Below, piece after piece: positions 29,587 to 42,049 of a stretch of 64,000 bases of DNA. The notes under the pieces are model-generated. The model did not search any database, was not told the DNA's origin, and saw nothing but the letters and a program-made list of their open reading frames with translations. The position numbers and the translations under genes are program-made. How positions within the stretch are numbered: the first letter of the stretch is position 1; every line of letters begins with the position of its first letter. This DNA comes from a virus. The stretch spans positions 32,001 to 96,000 of the IMG/VR virus record IMGVR_UViG_3300045988_172778. One strand, 5' to 3'.

Positions 29587-31832
29587 ATGACGGATAAATT
29601 AGCGAGAGATTTAGCATTAAGTGCTTTAGACAAAGTGAATAAAACCGTCGAAGGTGTTCCGAAGGATTATGTCGATGAGCATTTGTTGAAGAAGGTAGAT
29701 AAAATAGAAAGTTCGTCCGCAAACCCGCGCTTATACGGAGTTAGCGAGGCGGGGTCTCAAACTAGTTATTTCGCCACCCAAACCGCCAACGCGTACACAA
29801 TTCCGATGAGAGACGCGAGCGGCAGATTTCAAGTTGAAAGCGGGTTGGCTCCGAAACAAGCCGTGAATAAAGAGCAGCTTGACGCTGCGTTAGATACGGT
29901 CGCGAAGCTGGCGGAGCCTAACACTTTTACGGAACAAAACACATTTACATCGGAAGTGAAGTTTTACGGAACCGTTGAGCACACGTCCAACGTAAATATA
30001 ACGAACGGTTTTCTGAAAATATTAAACGGTAAAGACAAAGATTATGTCACGACGTATAATGTTGATAATATTAAGGTCGAGGAAAATGGAAGCGAATACA
30101 CACTGGTATTTCCGAATCAATCTGGCACATTAGCGCTAACCGATGATATTACGGCGAAGATAAATGAAAAAATCGGGTTTAAGTATTCGCAATTGAAAAA
30201 TAATGATGTTTTAATAACGGTGCGATTCAAAAAGACGATACGTGGGAAACCAACGACACGGACGCCTCGTTAAGTATTCGGCATTCTGACGCGATTAATC
30301 AATCGGAAATAGCAGTATCGAAAGCATTTGCAGAGATAGGTGTTCAAGAAGTAACAGGGCAATCTAGTGCCACATCTCAACTTACTTTAACAACGGATAA
30401 CGTTAGTTTAACAAGTACGCGCGGAGCGGATACTTATACGACCGTCATTATAAACCCCGATGGGGCGACAATCAACGGTGAGAAGATAGCGACCGAGAAA
30501 ACGGTTAACGCGAAAGTAGCACGTATCCCTGAAGGTGTCGAATTAACCGACCCCGAAAGCGCGACACAGGGGAATTTGACGGCGGAGCAGCTCGCAAAAC
30601 TTCAGTTCAACAAAGCGAATTATATCCTTTTCGCAGGGAAGAAATATGACTTGCGGAATGAGCGTTCGCAACAAGATTCGTTGTCTTACGTTTACAATGA
30701 TTACTTGAACAGTCGTTGTATTCAAGACGTTATAACGATCACGGTTTCGACTCGTTCGTGGGTGCGTAATTCGTGCACGTTGGTGACAAACAAAGATTAC
30801 GGCGATGGTACCGCTGGCGCGGTGTCGATAAAGAAAGACTTTTCTGGCGGGTTACAATTGGCGACGACAGATGGAGATTTAAGCATATATGGTGCGGTCG
30901 ATGCGGATATAACTGGCAGGAATTCCAAACGCCCGATTACGCCTATAAACCTCAACAAAGCGGTTTTAGCGGCGTTGACCGATGCGAAAAAGGTTGAACC
31001 AACCGAGCAACAAAAAACCGATTTTAAGGCAGCATGGGGAATTATCGACGCTGTAAATATTCTCGACGCGGAAATGTCCGATGATAGCACTAATGCAGTT
31101 CAGAACAAGGTTATTAAAGCAGAATTAGATAATCGTGTTAGGTGCTCAACAAACGTCCAAAGCGGGCAAGTAAAGGTCTACTGCGCGACACAGAATAACC
31201 CAAACGATGTTTGTTTGGTTTCGAGTTCTGGAGTACAAAACTCGATTGCTCGATATACGTCGACGGGGCAGCTCGCTGTCGGGAGAGAGCCGAGCGGCGA
31301 TATGGAAATCGCTAACAAAAAATTTGTGGAAGGAATTGTTCCGAAATATGGGGCGGAACTTCCAAACCCAACCAACGACGCATACAAAATCGGGTGCTCG
31401 TTTTTAAACACGACAACTGGCGGCTTATATGTTTTGGTTGCTTCTGGAAGCGCGAGTAATCGTTCTTGGCAGTTACAAACCACGATTGAAAAGCCGAAAT
31501 GGAGAAACACGCTACCACACATAAATGACACGCAGGAAATCGACGCGACAAAGGTCTTATTTACGAAAGTCACGATTACGACGATCGATAGTACAAACTT
31601 TCCTGGAATGAACGGAAAATCTGTAACAATTCAAGGATTGAGTTTTTATGGGTTTGCGGCTGGCACGATTGTGTGTGATGAGATAACGGGCGGTATACAG
31701 TATAGCCCGTGTTTTATTGGCTCAATAACTTCGAGCAGGGCGTCTGGAGTTTTAATAAAAGGCTCTAACGCGGTCGCGGTTATAAGTGTTGATAATCCCG
31801 AAGTTTCTTTTGCTTACGAGTATTTGTGGTGA
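29587..31832 (+). CDS. long tail fibre protein interrupted by a -1 frame break at an A5 run
   Basis: ORF 29587-30273 ends in junk (..RFKKTIRGKPTTRTPR*). The frame of ORF 30576 is actually open from 30207 and reads ..KDDTWETNDTDASLSIRHSDAINQ.. . Joining at ttc aaa aa(a) gac gives ..TVRFKKDDTWET.. . Fibre motifs are present (NTFTEQNTFTS, STNAVQNKVI, ANKKFVEG). Confidence 0.6.
30229..30233 (+). other. A5 run (c aaa aag) at the frame break
   Basis: The frame 1 to frame 0 (-1) transition is required within 30207-30273, and this is the only slippery-looking element there. Confidence 0.6.
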
Positions 31833-31887
31833 GATAAAACCCTCGTTTTATTCAATGGAGAAAATTTAGGATATTTTTTAGGTAAAA

Positions 31888-31935
31888 TTAGAGACCTCGC
31901 TACGCGCGAGGTCTCTAATTTACTATATTTTTTTA
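31888..31935 (+). terminator. terminator hairpin after the fibre block
   Basis: Arms attagagacctcgc / gcgaggtctctaat, followed by a T-rich tail (tatattttttt). Confidence 0.6.
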
Positions 31936-31971
31936 GAATTTGGGAAATAAAAAAACAAGGAGGCACGGAAT

Positions 31972-32460
31972 ATGGATATAAAACAGACGCTTATGCAGGC
32001 GTTGAAAAAAGATATAAAAATAGACTTAGAGCGGAAATTAGAGAAAGTGCGAATTCCGTGCATGAATTATCTAAAGGAAAACGCTCTAAGAATTTTTAAA
32101 GAGAAAATAACAGAGGTTTATAAAATAAACTCTGATAGAATACAAGTAATAGATTTACCCCTATTTTTAAAAACTGTAACAATACAAGACAAAGATAAGT
32201 GGAGTTTTGATATTTTTATTGACGAAGATTTGTTAAATTTTAAAACTAAAAGTGGTGAACAGATTTATCAATACTCTAATGACGGGATGTTTTATACTAA
32301 CAACGAAGAAGTTCATAATTTAGATGAATATTGGCATTCACCTATAAACGGGAAGAGTGAAAATAATTGGTATAAAATTGAAATTTGGAAAGAACTTAAT
32401 ACTTTTTTAAAAAATGATTTTACACAATATGTAAAAGACAGATTAATGGAGGTAAAATAA
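31972..32460 (+). CDS. hypothetical protein immediately upstream of the tape measure (chaperone position)
   Basis: 162 aa, AT-rich, RBS AAGGAGG. Its stop abuts the tape-measure ATG. Assigned by position only. Confidence 0.35.
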   Translation: MDIKQTLMQALKKDIKIDLERKLEKVRIPCMNYLKENALRIFKEKITEVYKINSDRIQVIDLPLFLKTVTIQDKDKWSFDIFIDEDLLNFKTKSGEQIYQYSNDGMFYTNNEEVHNLDEYWHSPINGKSENNWYKIEIWKELNTFLKNDFTQYVKDRLMEVK

Positions 32461-35400
32461 ATGAAAAAAACTGACAAAATCGGTGTTGAAATATATTTGA
32501 AACAATATGAAGATATGTTTAAACAGTATCAAGAACTTTTAAACAAAGAAATGGGCAATCATAAAGATATGCTAACTTCGATTATGAGAGAGCAACTTGA
32601 TGATCTCAAAGATACTTATAAACTTCCAATGGACAAAATCCGAGAAATAGAAGATCGTATTTTGGCGCCGAAATTAAAAGAACAGGCTGAGAAAGCAGCA
32701 CAACAAGCTAAAAAAGACGCTGAGGATTATTTGAAGAAGAACCAGGAGACTATCAATAAGGCATTAGGTGTTAATAAAGATAGTATGAAAACACTCTTAG
32801 AGACAAATAATTTAGTAGTCGAAAGTAGTAAAAAAGCTCTCGAGGACGCAAAAAAAGCGAAAGAAGCCATAGAGAAACAAGATAAAAAAATGAAGATGGA
32901 TAGAGTTAGGGGTGAAAGAACTCTTAAGGCTCAAAAGGCAAGAGCGGAAAAAGAGAGCCGAATGAGAGAGGAACAGGCTAAATCGATGTATTTTGAAGCC
33001 GCACCATCTTCTGATTATGAAGTGATAAACGTGCCTGGATGGGGGCATGATTATAAACATAAAAAAGCTAAAACTGCAAAAATGAGGAGTGGGAAAGAAG
33101 TAGATTTAGGTAACGTAAGGCAATTATCCGTTACCAAATTAGCATCTCTTATAACTCATAATTTTGAAGATTTTGAAGCTTTGGCAAAAGAAAATGCAAA
33201 GAAAATTGCTGATTTTGAATCCAAACATGGTAAAACCCCATTAGACAAAGATAAAGCTAAGGAACTTTCCGATCTTAAAACTTTACAACGTGAATATGAA
33301 GATGCTAATCTAAATTTAACAAATGCCCAAAAAAGAGGAACTGCATTTCATAAAGTGGTCGAGCTTGTAGAAAAAAGTGAAATTTCTTTGGATGAATTAA
33401 CAGAAGATAGATTAGAAGAACTTGGAAAGCAATATGACGAAATCGGGGAAGGGCTTAAACTTCAACAAAGAACCAAAAATGGCAAATTAAGGTCTGTTAA
33501 ACAAAACAAACAAATTTTAGATCTCGTAAAAAAATATGACGAATTTAAAAAACAAGCTGGGTTAAAGGGGCAAACAACTACAGAAACTCCGCTTGGGATG
33601 CTTGTAGATCTTGGTGACGAGGTTGTAGAAGTAGTAGGAACGTTTGATAGTATTTTCAACGAAATGTCGACCCTTGTGGACTTTAAAACTAGTAGCAGAG
33701 TCGATGTAAAAAAAATAGGAATACAGCTAAACTTACTCAAAAAAATGGCGCTCCTTAATCCCAAGTTTATGAAAGCCAAAGGGATAAAGGGTAGCCTCGA
33801 CGCGTTGAAAGTTTTCCATTTGCCATTTAGAGGCGGAAAGGGTGGTGTTTATGACGTTGGCACCGCCGATGATGCAATGATGTGGCAGTGGATAAAATCC
33901 GCTTTCGATATTTTAGCTGGAGAAACGACGGAAAAGCCTGACGTGCCTGTCTTAATGCGTGGTAAATTAACTCTTGGCGAATGGCAGAATAAAAAAAAAG
34001 GTACAAGTGGTAGGCAGTGGTTGCTCAATAATATTTCTTTAAACGATTTAGCCAAACAATATGAAAGAGGCACTATGTCTTACGAGGAAATTATGGATAA
34101 CATAAATTCCTTAAACGAAGAAGACCGTCGGCATTTCATAAATTTGATTTGGAGCACCAAAGAATACGAAGAAAAAAAGAAAACTCAACGAGTATTTAAA
34201 GTCGTAGATGGGAAACGCGTTCCACTGTTAGATGAAAAGGGGAATGCACAATACGATGCGTCTGGCAAGCCATTATATGAGATGCAAGATATTGTGTCTT
34301 CGGTCCCCCCGAGAGAAACTGGAAAATTATACAGACAGGGCGCATTGTGGGACAAATTAAGAGGCGATTTGAATTCTTTTCAAAAAGATATTGAAGGAAT
34401 AGTTGATGATGAATACGCAAATATATCTAATAGAATGACAAAAATTCAAAATCAAATCTCGAAAATCAAAATTTCTTATATAGAAGCAAAAGAATTTGTA
34501 ACCGATGCAAACGGGAATTTAATAGAAACCACAAAAACTATGCCTGCGAATGAAAAAGAAAAGGCGAAAGAAAATAGACGGAATGAGCTAATAATACAAA
34601 GAGAGGCGTTGCGCGAACAGTTGGCTAACCAAGCCACATCTGCTTTTTCTGAACAGGTTTTTAAAACAGATCAAGGATATGGGAGTGCTCAAACCATTGG
34701 TGGCGGGTATTTATCTGAGTGGGCAAAAGCTTATCGTATTCATTCTGAGAGCGGAGATGGATTGGCGGATCAAATCGCTAACCGTTTTGTCAGTTACATT
34801 TTAAACGCTGGATTGTCTAATTTTCAACTTGATGAATTGAAGGGTGGTTTAGTTGGTATAGCGGCAAAAGATGAAGCTAATCAAGCATTTGTGGACGCTA
34901 TTCAAGATAGACTGTTGGGAAAACATTCCGTAATTGCCCCTGATTTAGAGAGAGCCCAAGAACTCGAAAGTCAAATAATAGCACTTAATAAAGAAAGGGC
35001 TTCTTTAGATAAAGATGTTTTAAATCCAAGAATAGAAGAAATCGACAAACTTGTACAACAACTAATTGCGGAACAGGATCGAGTCAAATATGCTCAAGAA
35101 GTTGGTGGGATTTTTACCGATGAATCTATCGGCATAAATGAAATGACGGAGGATTATGCTTCAGAAAAAGGCAAAAAATCCGCTCGGATGCGAGGCGAAG
35201 CCGCAACTAATAGAGCTGCTCGAATGATAAGTCGGTTAAGAGCGTTTTCAGAATATGATTTGTCCGATAAAAGTTTTGACGACGTTATGGGATTTATCAA
35301 AGGTTTGTCTGGAATAAGGAATGAATTTAAAGGATTTTTAAACGCATTGGGTTCAGATGAAAATTCCGAAATAGACGAATATGGTGTGCCTGAATATATA

Positions 35401-37568
35401 GAAAAGAGCGAAAATATTTTGGACGCATGGACCACATTTGTCCGTAATTTAAAAAATAAAGTTCGCGGGTTAGAAAATTTAGACGAAAATCAGATAGAAG
35501 AGGCGGTTCGAGGATTAGACATTTCAACTGGCGTTCAAGAAGACATTGGAGGGCTTGCTAAAAAAACGGGGCATAAATTATCTTGGTTATATCAACTTAA
35601 AGATATTTACGACGAGTTTTTATCGCCAGAGATGGAAGAGGTTAACAAAAGTCTTTCTGAAAAAGCTAAATTTACTTCGGTTGAACAATATGCAAAGTCT
35701 CGACTTACACAAGCTCAATATGAACAATATGCTTCTTCAATTGATTTTAGAAAATCCATATCGGAAGGAAAAGATTTCAGTACCGTAATAAGCCAATTTT
35801 TGGATACGCCTGAATTTCAACTAAAAAGTAATTTGGCGACTGCGTTACAAAAAGCTTTAGCAAAAATAATGGAGGCGAATCCTCAACTTTTAGATGATAC
35901 CATTTATAATATTTTTATGACACAAACTGATTTAGGCGAAGGAAATAAAATGAAATGGTGGCATGGAATTGGGGCATCTGAAAGGTTAAGAAGGGGCGAT
36001 ATTGTTAGAAATTGGGCCTACAATCCCAACGAAATCCTAACGACGAAACCCGAAATGATCGTTGAAGTAGAAGAGAGAGCAGAAGAAAAATTACGCGATG
36101 AAAGTTCGATCAGAGACGCGGTAGAAAGCGCAAGAATCAGGGCGGAACAATCAGCTAGAGAATATAACCAAAAAGCATTTGACATTAAAAAACAAATTAC
36201 GGCTCAAACTGGATTTGATATTGAAGATTATGATAAAAAATATGGATTTGATAAATATGAAAATGCTTATAAAAAATTGTATGCTTTAGCAATAAAGGTC
36301 GGGCGTGGAGAAACTGATTACAAAGATTTTATGAGAGGAGAGCTGGGGGAAACTCATCTCTCTGGTGAAACTTTACAGAAATATGAAGAGCTTCGCAAAG
36401 GATTGGAGATCGCACAACTTCAAATGGGGATGCCCGATGATATGTCCGAAGAAGCGAAAGAGTTGTTTGCTAAAAGGCAACATCTTTTCGAAGAATATTA
36501 TATTCCGTCTCTTAGAGACAAAAGTTATGTCTCTATTTTAAGGAAAAGATATGGGGTTAAAGGCGACGAATCCGATGTTTTAGCTCAGCAAGCAGCGGTT
36601 GTAAACCAGATAAAATCTCTTCCCGATCAAGCACTTTTAAACACCACCTCTGAAATAAACGATGCAAAAAACGTAGACGTCGACGCGAATTCTATTACAG
36701 TGGGTGAACCCGAAAAAGTTGAAAATAATACCGAGACGACTGAAATAAAGGCTGACACCGTGGTGATAAATGAAGCAGAAAGCTCAGCGGATGCCGAAAA
36801 ACCCACCAAACGTCGTGGGCGTCCTCGTAAAAAGAAGGCCGAAGACGTTGAAGTGGCTTCTGAATCATCTGATAAAATGGAAGTTTCATCTGACGGTGGT
36901 ACTGGAGGCGGAGATGGAGGAGGTAAAACCCCACCGAAGTCTAGCGGAAGAAAAGGCAAGAGCGATGAAGAAAAGGCACAAGCGGATACTGAAAAACGGC
37001 AGAAACAAGATATAAGGGAATACCAACTGTATATTAACAGAGTTATAAGCCTTGAATCTCAGATTGATAAACTTCAAAGGCAAGCAGCGTTAAGCGGCGG
37101 AAAGCATAAGGATGCTATTTATGGAACAATTGACGCGCTTAATGAAGAGCTTGGGGATCTTAATCGTAATAACGACGCGCTCAAACAAAGAGTTGCGACC
37201 GAACAAGCAGCAACAAAAGAATCGATTGACGCAACAGCGGCCCTTAAGAAGCAATCAAACGCGCAAAAGAATCTTGTAAGCGTAAAAGGCGCAACTTCAA
37301 TCTGGGATATGATGGCGAACGACATTCGTCGTGCAACCATGCGTGTCGCAGACTTCGGAATTGCTGCGAAGGTTTTGAACAAGATCCCGCAGGATATACA
37401 GAAGGTAATTCAGTATACGAAAGAGTTGGACGCGGCGATGACGAATATTCGTGTCGTTACGGGTGCTTCGGCGGAAGAGGCTCAAACGCTCGCACAAGGA
37501 TATACACAACTTGCAAAAGAATTGGGGATAACCACTGTCGAAGTTGCTAATTCGGCAAACGAGTGGGT
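32461..37568 (+). CDS. tape measure protein, exon 1 (includes a PD-(D/E)XK-like domain and an AT-hook)
   Basis: Long coiled-coil-rich ORF. It ends ..AMTNIRVVTGASAEEAQTLAQGYTQLAKELGITTVEVANSANEWV, the start of the conserved tape-measure core. The frame then runs into a stop after 10 unrelated codons. Confidence 0.7.
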
Positions 37569-38742
37569 TAACAAATGTCTGGCTCACTATAAACTCCTTT
37601 AATTGCTGGAACCCCCTTAGAGCCATATAACTACAACATAACGATGAAATAGGCGTAAGTGTGATAGTTAAAAATATATGGATTGGGAAATCAGCAGCCA
37701 AACCTCGAACAGAGGAAGGTTCAACGAATATGTTCCACGAGTGTGGATAATGGGGAGCTCTACATAGAGAAATCTATGCGAAAGATATATTCTGAACTTC
37801 TGAGGAAACTCAGAGAAAATTCTATAAAAGGAGGTGAAATATTTGTGATAATAGAAAGTGAAGTTAAAATGGTTATAAATCAATATAATTTTGATTATTA
37901 TAAAAATCTTGGTTACGATATTCAAAAATGTGGACAACGAATTTTTGTAAAAGTTTCTGATTTACCAAAAACATCTGGGACAAAAATCCATACGATATGT
38001 GAATATTGTGGAGAAATAGTAGAAAAATCATACCGAAGGTATATAGAATCTATCGAATGTGGGAAAAACTGTTGTTCAAAATGTTTGAAATACAAAATTC
38101 CTGAAAATGTTTTAGAAAAATACGGATGTCGTTCTACTTTAAGAATTCCAGAAATTCATGAATCGGTAACTAAAAATAATCTTAAGAAGTACGGTTGTGA
38201 AAACCCTCTTGAATCAGCAGAAATTAGGGCTAAAGGTGTTCAGACTATGCAGAGTCGTTATGGTTGTAGTTATACCCTTCAAAGTGATGAATTACGTGAA
38301 AAGTGTAATCGGACATTATATGAAAATGGGAACGATATAACTGCGACAAGCAGACAACAAAGATATTTGTGTGATTTATACAAAGGAGAATTGAATTATC
38401 CTATTTGGATTTATCACATAGACATTTTGTTGTCGGACAACATATGTTGCGAATATGATGGAAGCGGTCACGATCTTAGTGTTAAATTAGGTAATGAAAC
38501 AAGAGAAAACTTTATTAGAAAAGAAAATAAAAGAATAACCTTTTTAACAAACCACAATTATAAGTTATTTAAAATACTTTCTAACACAGATATTTTGCCT
38601 AGTGATGAGATACTTTTAAACATAAAGAAACGGGCTTTTGAAATATTAAAAGTCCGAAATTATATGTATTATGAGTACAATTTAGACACAAATATAGAAT
38701 CTTTTAAATGATAAACTAAATTTAAAAGTAACACAATTACAG
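37569..38742 (+). mobile_element. group-I-like intron 1 with homing endonuclease ORF
   Basis: Exon GUGGGU (37563-37568) can pair with GCUCAC (37582-37587), giving a terminal U-G at the junction. GAAA-capped hairpins lie at 37763-37778 and 37800-37813. The 3' end reads aaaagtaacacaattacaG. Both the 5' and 3' ends resemble intron 2. Confidence 0.6.
37845..38711 (+). CDS. intron-encoded homing endonuclease (zinc ribbon + KYG..P repeats + EYDGSGHD nuclease core)
   Basis: GTG at 37845 (or ATG at 37869) behind AAAGGAGG. Motifs: CEYCG..CCSKC; repeats KYGCRSTL/KYGCENPL/RYGCSYTL; HIDILLSDNICCEYDGSGHD (Vsr/DUF559/EDxHD-like). It is AT-rich. Confidence 0.6.
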   Translation: MIIESEVKMVINQYNFDYYKNLGYDIQKCGQRIFVKVSDLPKTSGTKIHTICEYCGEIVEKSYRRYIESIECGKNCCSKCLKYKIPENVLEKYGCRSTLRIPEIHESVTKNNLKKYGCENPLESAEIRAKGVQTMQSRYGCSYTLQSDELREKCNRTLYENGNDITATSRQQRYLCDLYKGELNYPIWIYHIDILLSDNICCEYDGSGHDLSVKLGNETRENFIRKENKRITFLTNHNYKLFKILSNTDILPSDEILLNIKKRAFEILKVRNYMYYEYNLDTNIESFK

Positions 38743-41700
38743 ACAAGGTTACGCAGGGGAAGAAGCCAACCAATTGATTGTCGCTTCCTCAAAACTCGCT
38801 AAACTCGGTATGATTTCGACCACCGAGGCAACTAAAGATTTGACGAGCGCGATAAAAGGCTTTAAACTTTCTACAGAAGACGCGATGTCGGTTGTCGATA
38901 AATTGACAAAAATCGACCAAGTGGCTGCAATTTCCGCAGGAAATTTAGCAGAAGGTCTCGCGCGAGTCTCTACTACCGCACAACAAGCAGGGCTTTCGCT
39001 CGACGAAACCGCCGCAATGGTAACTACGATTACCGAAGTTACGCAGCGTGACGCAAGCACGGCGGGTGAGGCGCTCAGAACTCTTATTTCGAGATACTCT
39101 AACGTTAAAGCGGGCGTATTCACGAGTATGGGAGAAGAAGCCGAAGAAACTTCTGGAAACATAAACGATATCGAAAAAGTATTGGGCAAGTTGGGAATTC
39201 GAATTCGTACTTCTGGAACTGAAATGAGAAGTATTGAAGACGTCCTTGACGAATTGGCTGAAAAGTGGAACACATTAGACGATGTAAGTCGTAATGCAGT
39301 TGCAAGTGCTTTTGCGGGCGTTCGCCAACGTGAATCATTCAATATATTATTAAGCAACTGGAACCGTGTAAAGGAACTCACTGAAGAATCTGCTAACGCC
39401 GCAGGAACCGCTGACGAGAAATACTCCGCTTACATGGACTCTATGGAGGCGGCGACGAAGCGGCTTCAAAACGCGTGGGAAGGATTTACTCAATCGCTCG
39501 AAACAAGCACGGTAATGAAATTCCTCACAAATACGACCGCCGCGATAGTCGAAAATGCCGATAAATTTAAGCTCGTTGTAACTGGGATTGCAGCCGCGAG
39601 TTCATTAAAAATTTTTGACTTCTTTACCAACAAAGGTGAAACGGGCGGATTCAAAGGCTTAATCGCCAACATCCCGTTTATAGGTAGAGGAACGAAGACT
39701 AACAATATTCTCGAAAGTATTGACAAAAAAGTCGGTAACATCGAGAAAGGCGTCGGAGCGGATTCGATAGCAAACCAAACGAAGAATGGCGGGTTATTTA
39801 AAAGAATTGGAAGCTTCCTAAAAAATGGTTTTGGATTTGGTGATATTTATGACCCAAATTCTGATACATCAATTTCAAGAAAGACACTCAGATTATATAA
39901 ACAATCCCAAAAAGGCAAAATACGTCTTGGTGATGATTTCCTGGGTTATACTAAGGGGTTAACGGATGATGAACGCGAGCTTTTAAGACTGTCAGCAACA
40001 GTAGGGCGAAAAGATTCTAAAGAAATGATGGAGGCGTATAACAAGCTTCTCAAACAGCGTAAAATCGGGAATGCCGCGATGGGTGCAACTTCTGCCGTTT
40101 TGACCAATCTGTTTACCACGAAACAAGTCGGTGGGGACATTGGCGGTTCTTTCATGAAAAATATCATGGGAATGGGCGATAACGAACAAGTTGTAGAAGA
40201 AACTGCTGGAGATAAAATTGGGAGAACAATTAGTTCTGGTATTCTTGCTGGGGTTGGAGGCTATTTCTTAGGTCCTCTTGGAGCGATGCTCGGGCAAACG
40301 CTCGGCGAGGGGTTTGCAAGCATGTTTTCCACGTGGTATCACCGTGACGAGCTCGCAATGAAGCAGCGTGTTGCCGAAGCCAAAGAAAACCTTTCTGCAC
40401 TCGGCGATATAAAAAACGCTATCGAAAATAACGAGGATTTATTAAACAAAGATTCTTACACGTCTGAGGATATCGAAAAGTTAAAAACATACGCAGATTC
40501 TTTAAGAAAAACCTTCACTAAGAATGACAATTTAGCTGAGTCGTTTTTAGATGACGTTAAGAAACTCGACATTGGAACATTTACGACAATTGAAGATATC
40601 CTCTCTCAAATAACCAAAGGTAATGCCGATATCAATAAGCAGCTTAAGAGACAATTAGAACTCACAACGGCTAGATTAACGGTGGAAGAAACTCTCGGGG
40701 AACAGGAAGAAGATAGGGCGGAAATTAATAAATATAGTAAAGACAATGGATTTAGGGTACTTCAATCGAATACACCAGGTGATTTATCAAATTTTGTCGG
40801 TCGTTTTGGATCTGTATCTAAATATGGCACTATTAGTGTGCGTAACCGTCATGCAATTAAAAAAACAAAATATGGTATTCAGGTTGCTGGAAATACTATT
40901 GAAGAACAATTTGAAAACGCAGAACAGATTTTACAAAATTTTAGGAATGCTGGTGGTAAGTATAACGATATTGCCCAGGAATGGGAAAAAGTTGTTGATG
41001 AATATCAGAAACAATTAAATAAACAAACAGAACTTAATAATGAGCTTTTATCTACTCAAGTTGATTACGCTTATTTAACTTCCGATATTTTAAACACCAA
41101 GTCTCGTGATGAAATACGTGATCTTGGTATGGAAGGCGTTGTTAAGATAATTCGTGACGAACTAATTTCGCAAGGTGTTGGTGTGGTTGATGAGAATGGA
41201 GTAATTCATCAAGACGCTTATGATGCCATCGTTAAAAAGATACGTTCTGACTCGACTTTGAGTGATTATATAACGAAAGATATTCGTTCGATTGGGGATC
41301 TTATTTCCAAAGACGATATACGAGGCATTGAATCGTTTGCAAGAGCATTTGGTTTAACAACCGAGGCGGCGAAAGAGCTTGGTAAGCAGTTTGGATATTT
41401 AACTCAATCAATGGGTTTGATGAACGTTCAAGAGACGACGGAATACTATGAGAAACTGAGTACGGTATTTTCAAATTTAAGCTCGAATGTTGCTTTGACT
41501 GCAGGGCAGATTAGCAGTCTTTTGACGACCTCTGAACTCAAAGATTTGCTTCCGTATTTGATGAACCAAGACGACCCTGACGCTTTGATAAAGGAACTTT
41601 ATAAGAGAATTTACGGCGGCGGTCAGGATGTCCATATGGAGAACGCGCTTTATGACGCGACCATGGGGATGTCGACCGATAAATTCAGAGAATACTTGCA

Positions 41701-42049
41701 AAACAAAGGGCTAAAAGAATATGCTGCTGAAATTGACAAAGGTGGGTATACCACCTTATCTCAAATTAGAGATGCGGTTAAAGAATTTGACGAGACAGAC
41801 CCGAGACGTAAAACGTTTTTGGAATATCTTGAAACGATAAATTATACTTACTCCAAAGACTTGACAGCTTTAGAGAAACCGTCCGAGTATATTAAATCTC
41901 AACTCGAAGAGCAAATAAACAATCTTCAAGAGCAAAAAGATGCTTTATCTCAAATTAATGACGAGAGAGAAAAAGAACTTAATCTAATTAAAGCGAAACA
42001 AGCGCTCGAAAACGCTCGGAAAGAAAAGAGAAGGGTTTATAGACAGGGT
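38743..42049 (+). CDS. tape measure protein, exon 2 (conserved core)
   Basis: Reads (V)QGYAGEEANQLIVASSKLAKLGMISTTEATKDLTSAIKGFKLSTEDAMSVVDKLTKIDQVAAISAGNLAEGLARVSTTAQQAGLSLDETAAMVTTITEVTQ, the classic TP901-type tape-measure core. It ends ..EKRRVYRQG. Confidence 0.7.

Noticed and set aside
32440-32480. Tail-chaperone G/GT-type -1 frameshift at the A7 run at the tape-measure start
   Set aside because: The A7 lies after the stop of ORF 31972, inside the first codons of the tape measure. There is no overlapping extension frame downstream of ORF 31972.
37683-37844. Track N-terminal extensions starting at TTG/GTG (for example 37683, 14435, 9483, 50195, 58746, 58987, 60213, 61661)
   Set aside because: In each case a canonical ATG or GTG lies 6-10 nt after an AGGAGG-type RBS further downstream. 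The extension runs through the RBS, the upstream gene or the structured intron RNA.
37569-38742. Inteins as the explanation for the interrupted tape measure
   Set aside because: The inserts are not in frame with the exons: the three exons use three different frames and stops follow each exon end. The endonuclease ORFs have their own RBS, and the junctions lack the intein Cys/Ser..His-Asn-Cys/Ser/Thr signatures.
38749-39381. 210-aa minus-strand ORF at the start of tape-measure exon 2
   Set aside because: It is antisense to the most recognisable conserved tape-measure core sequence, with no translation signals.
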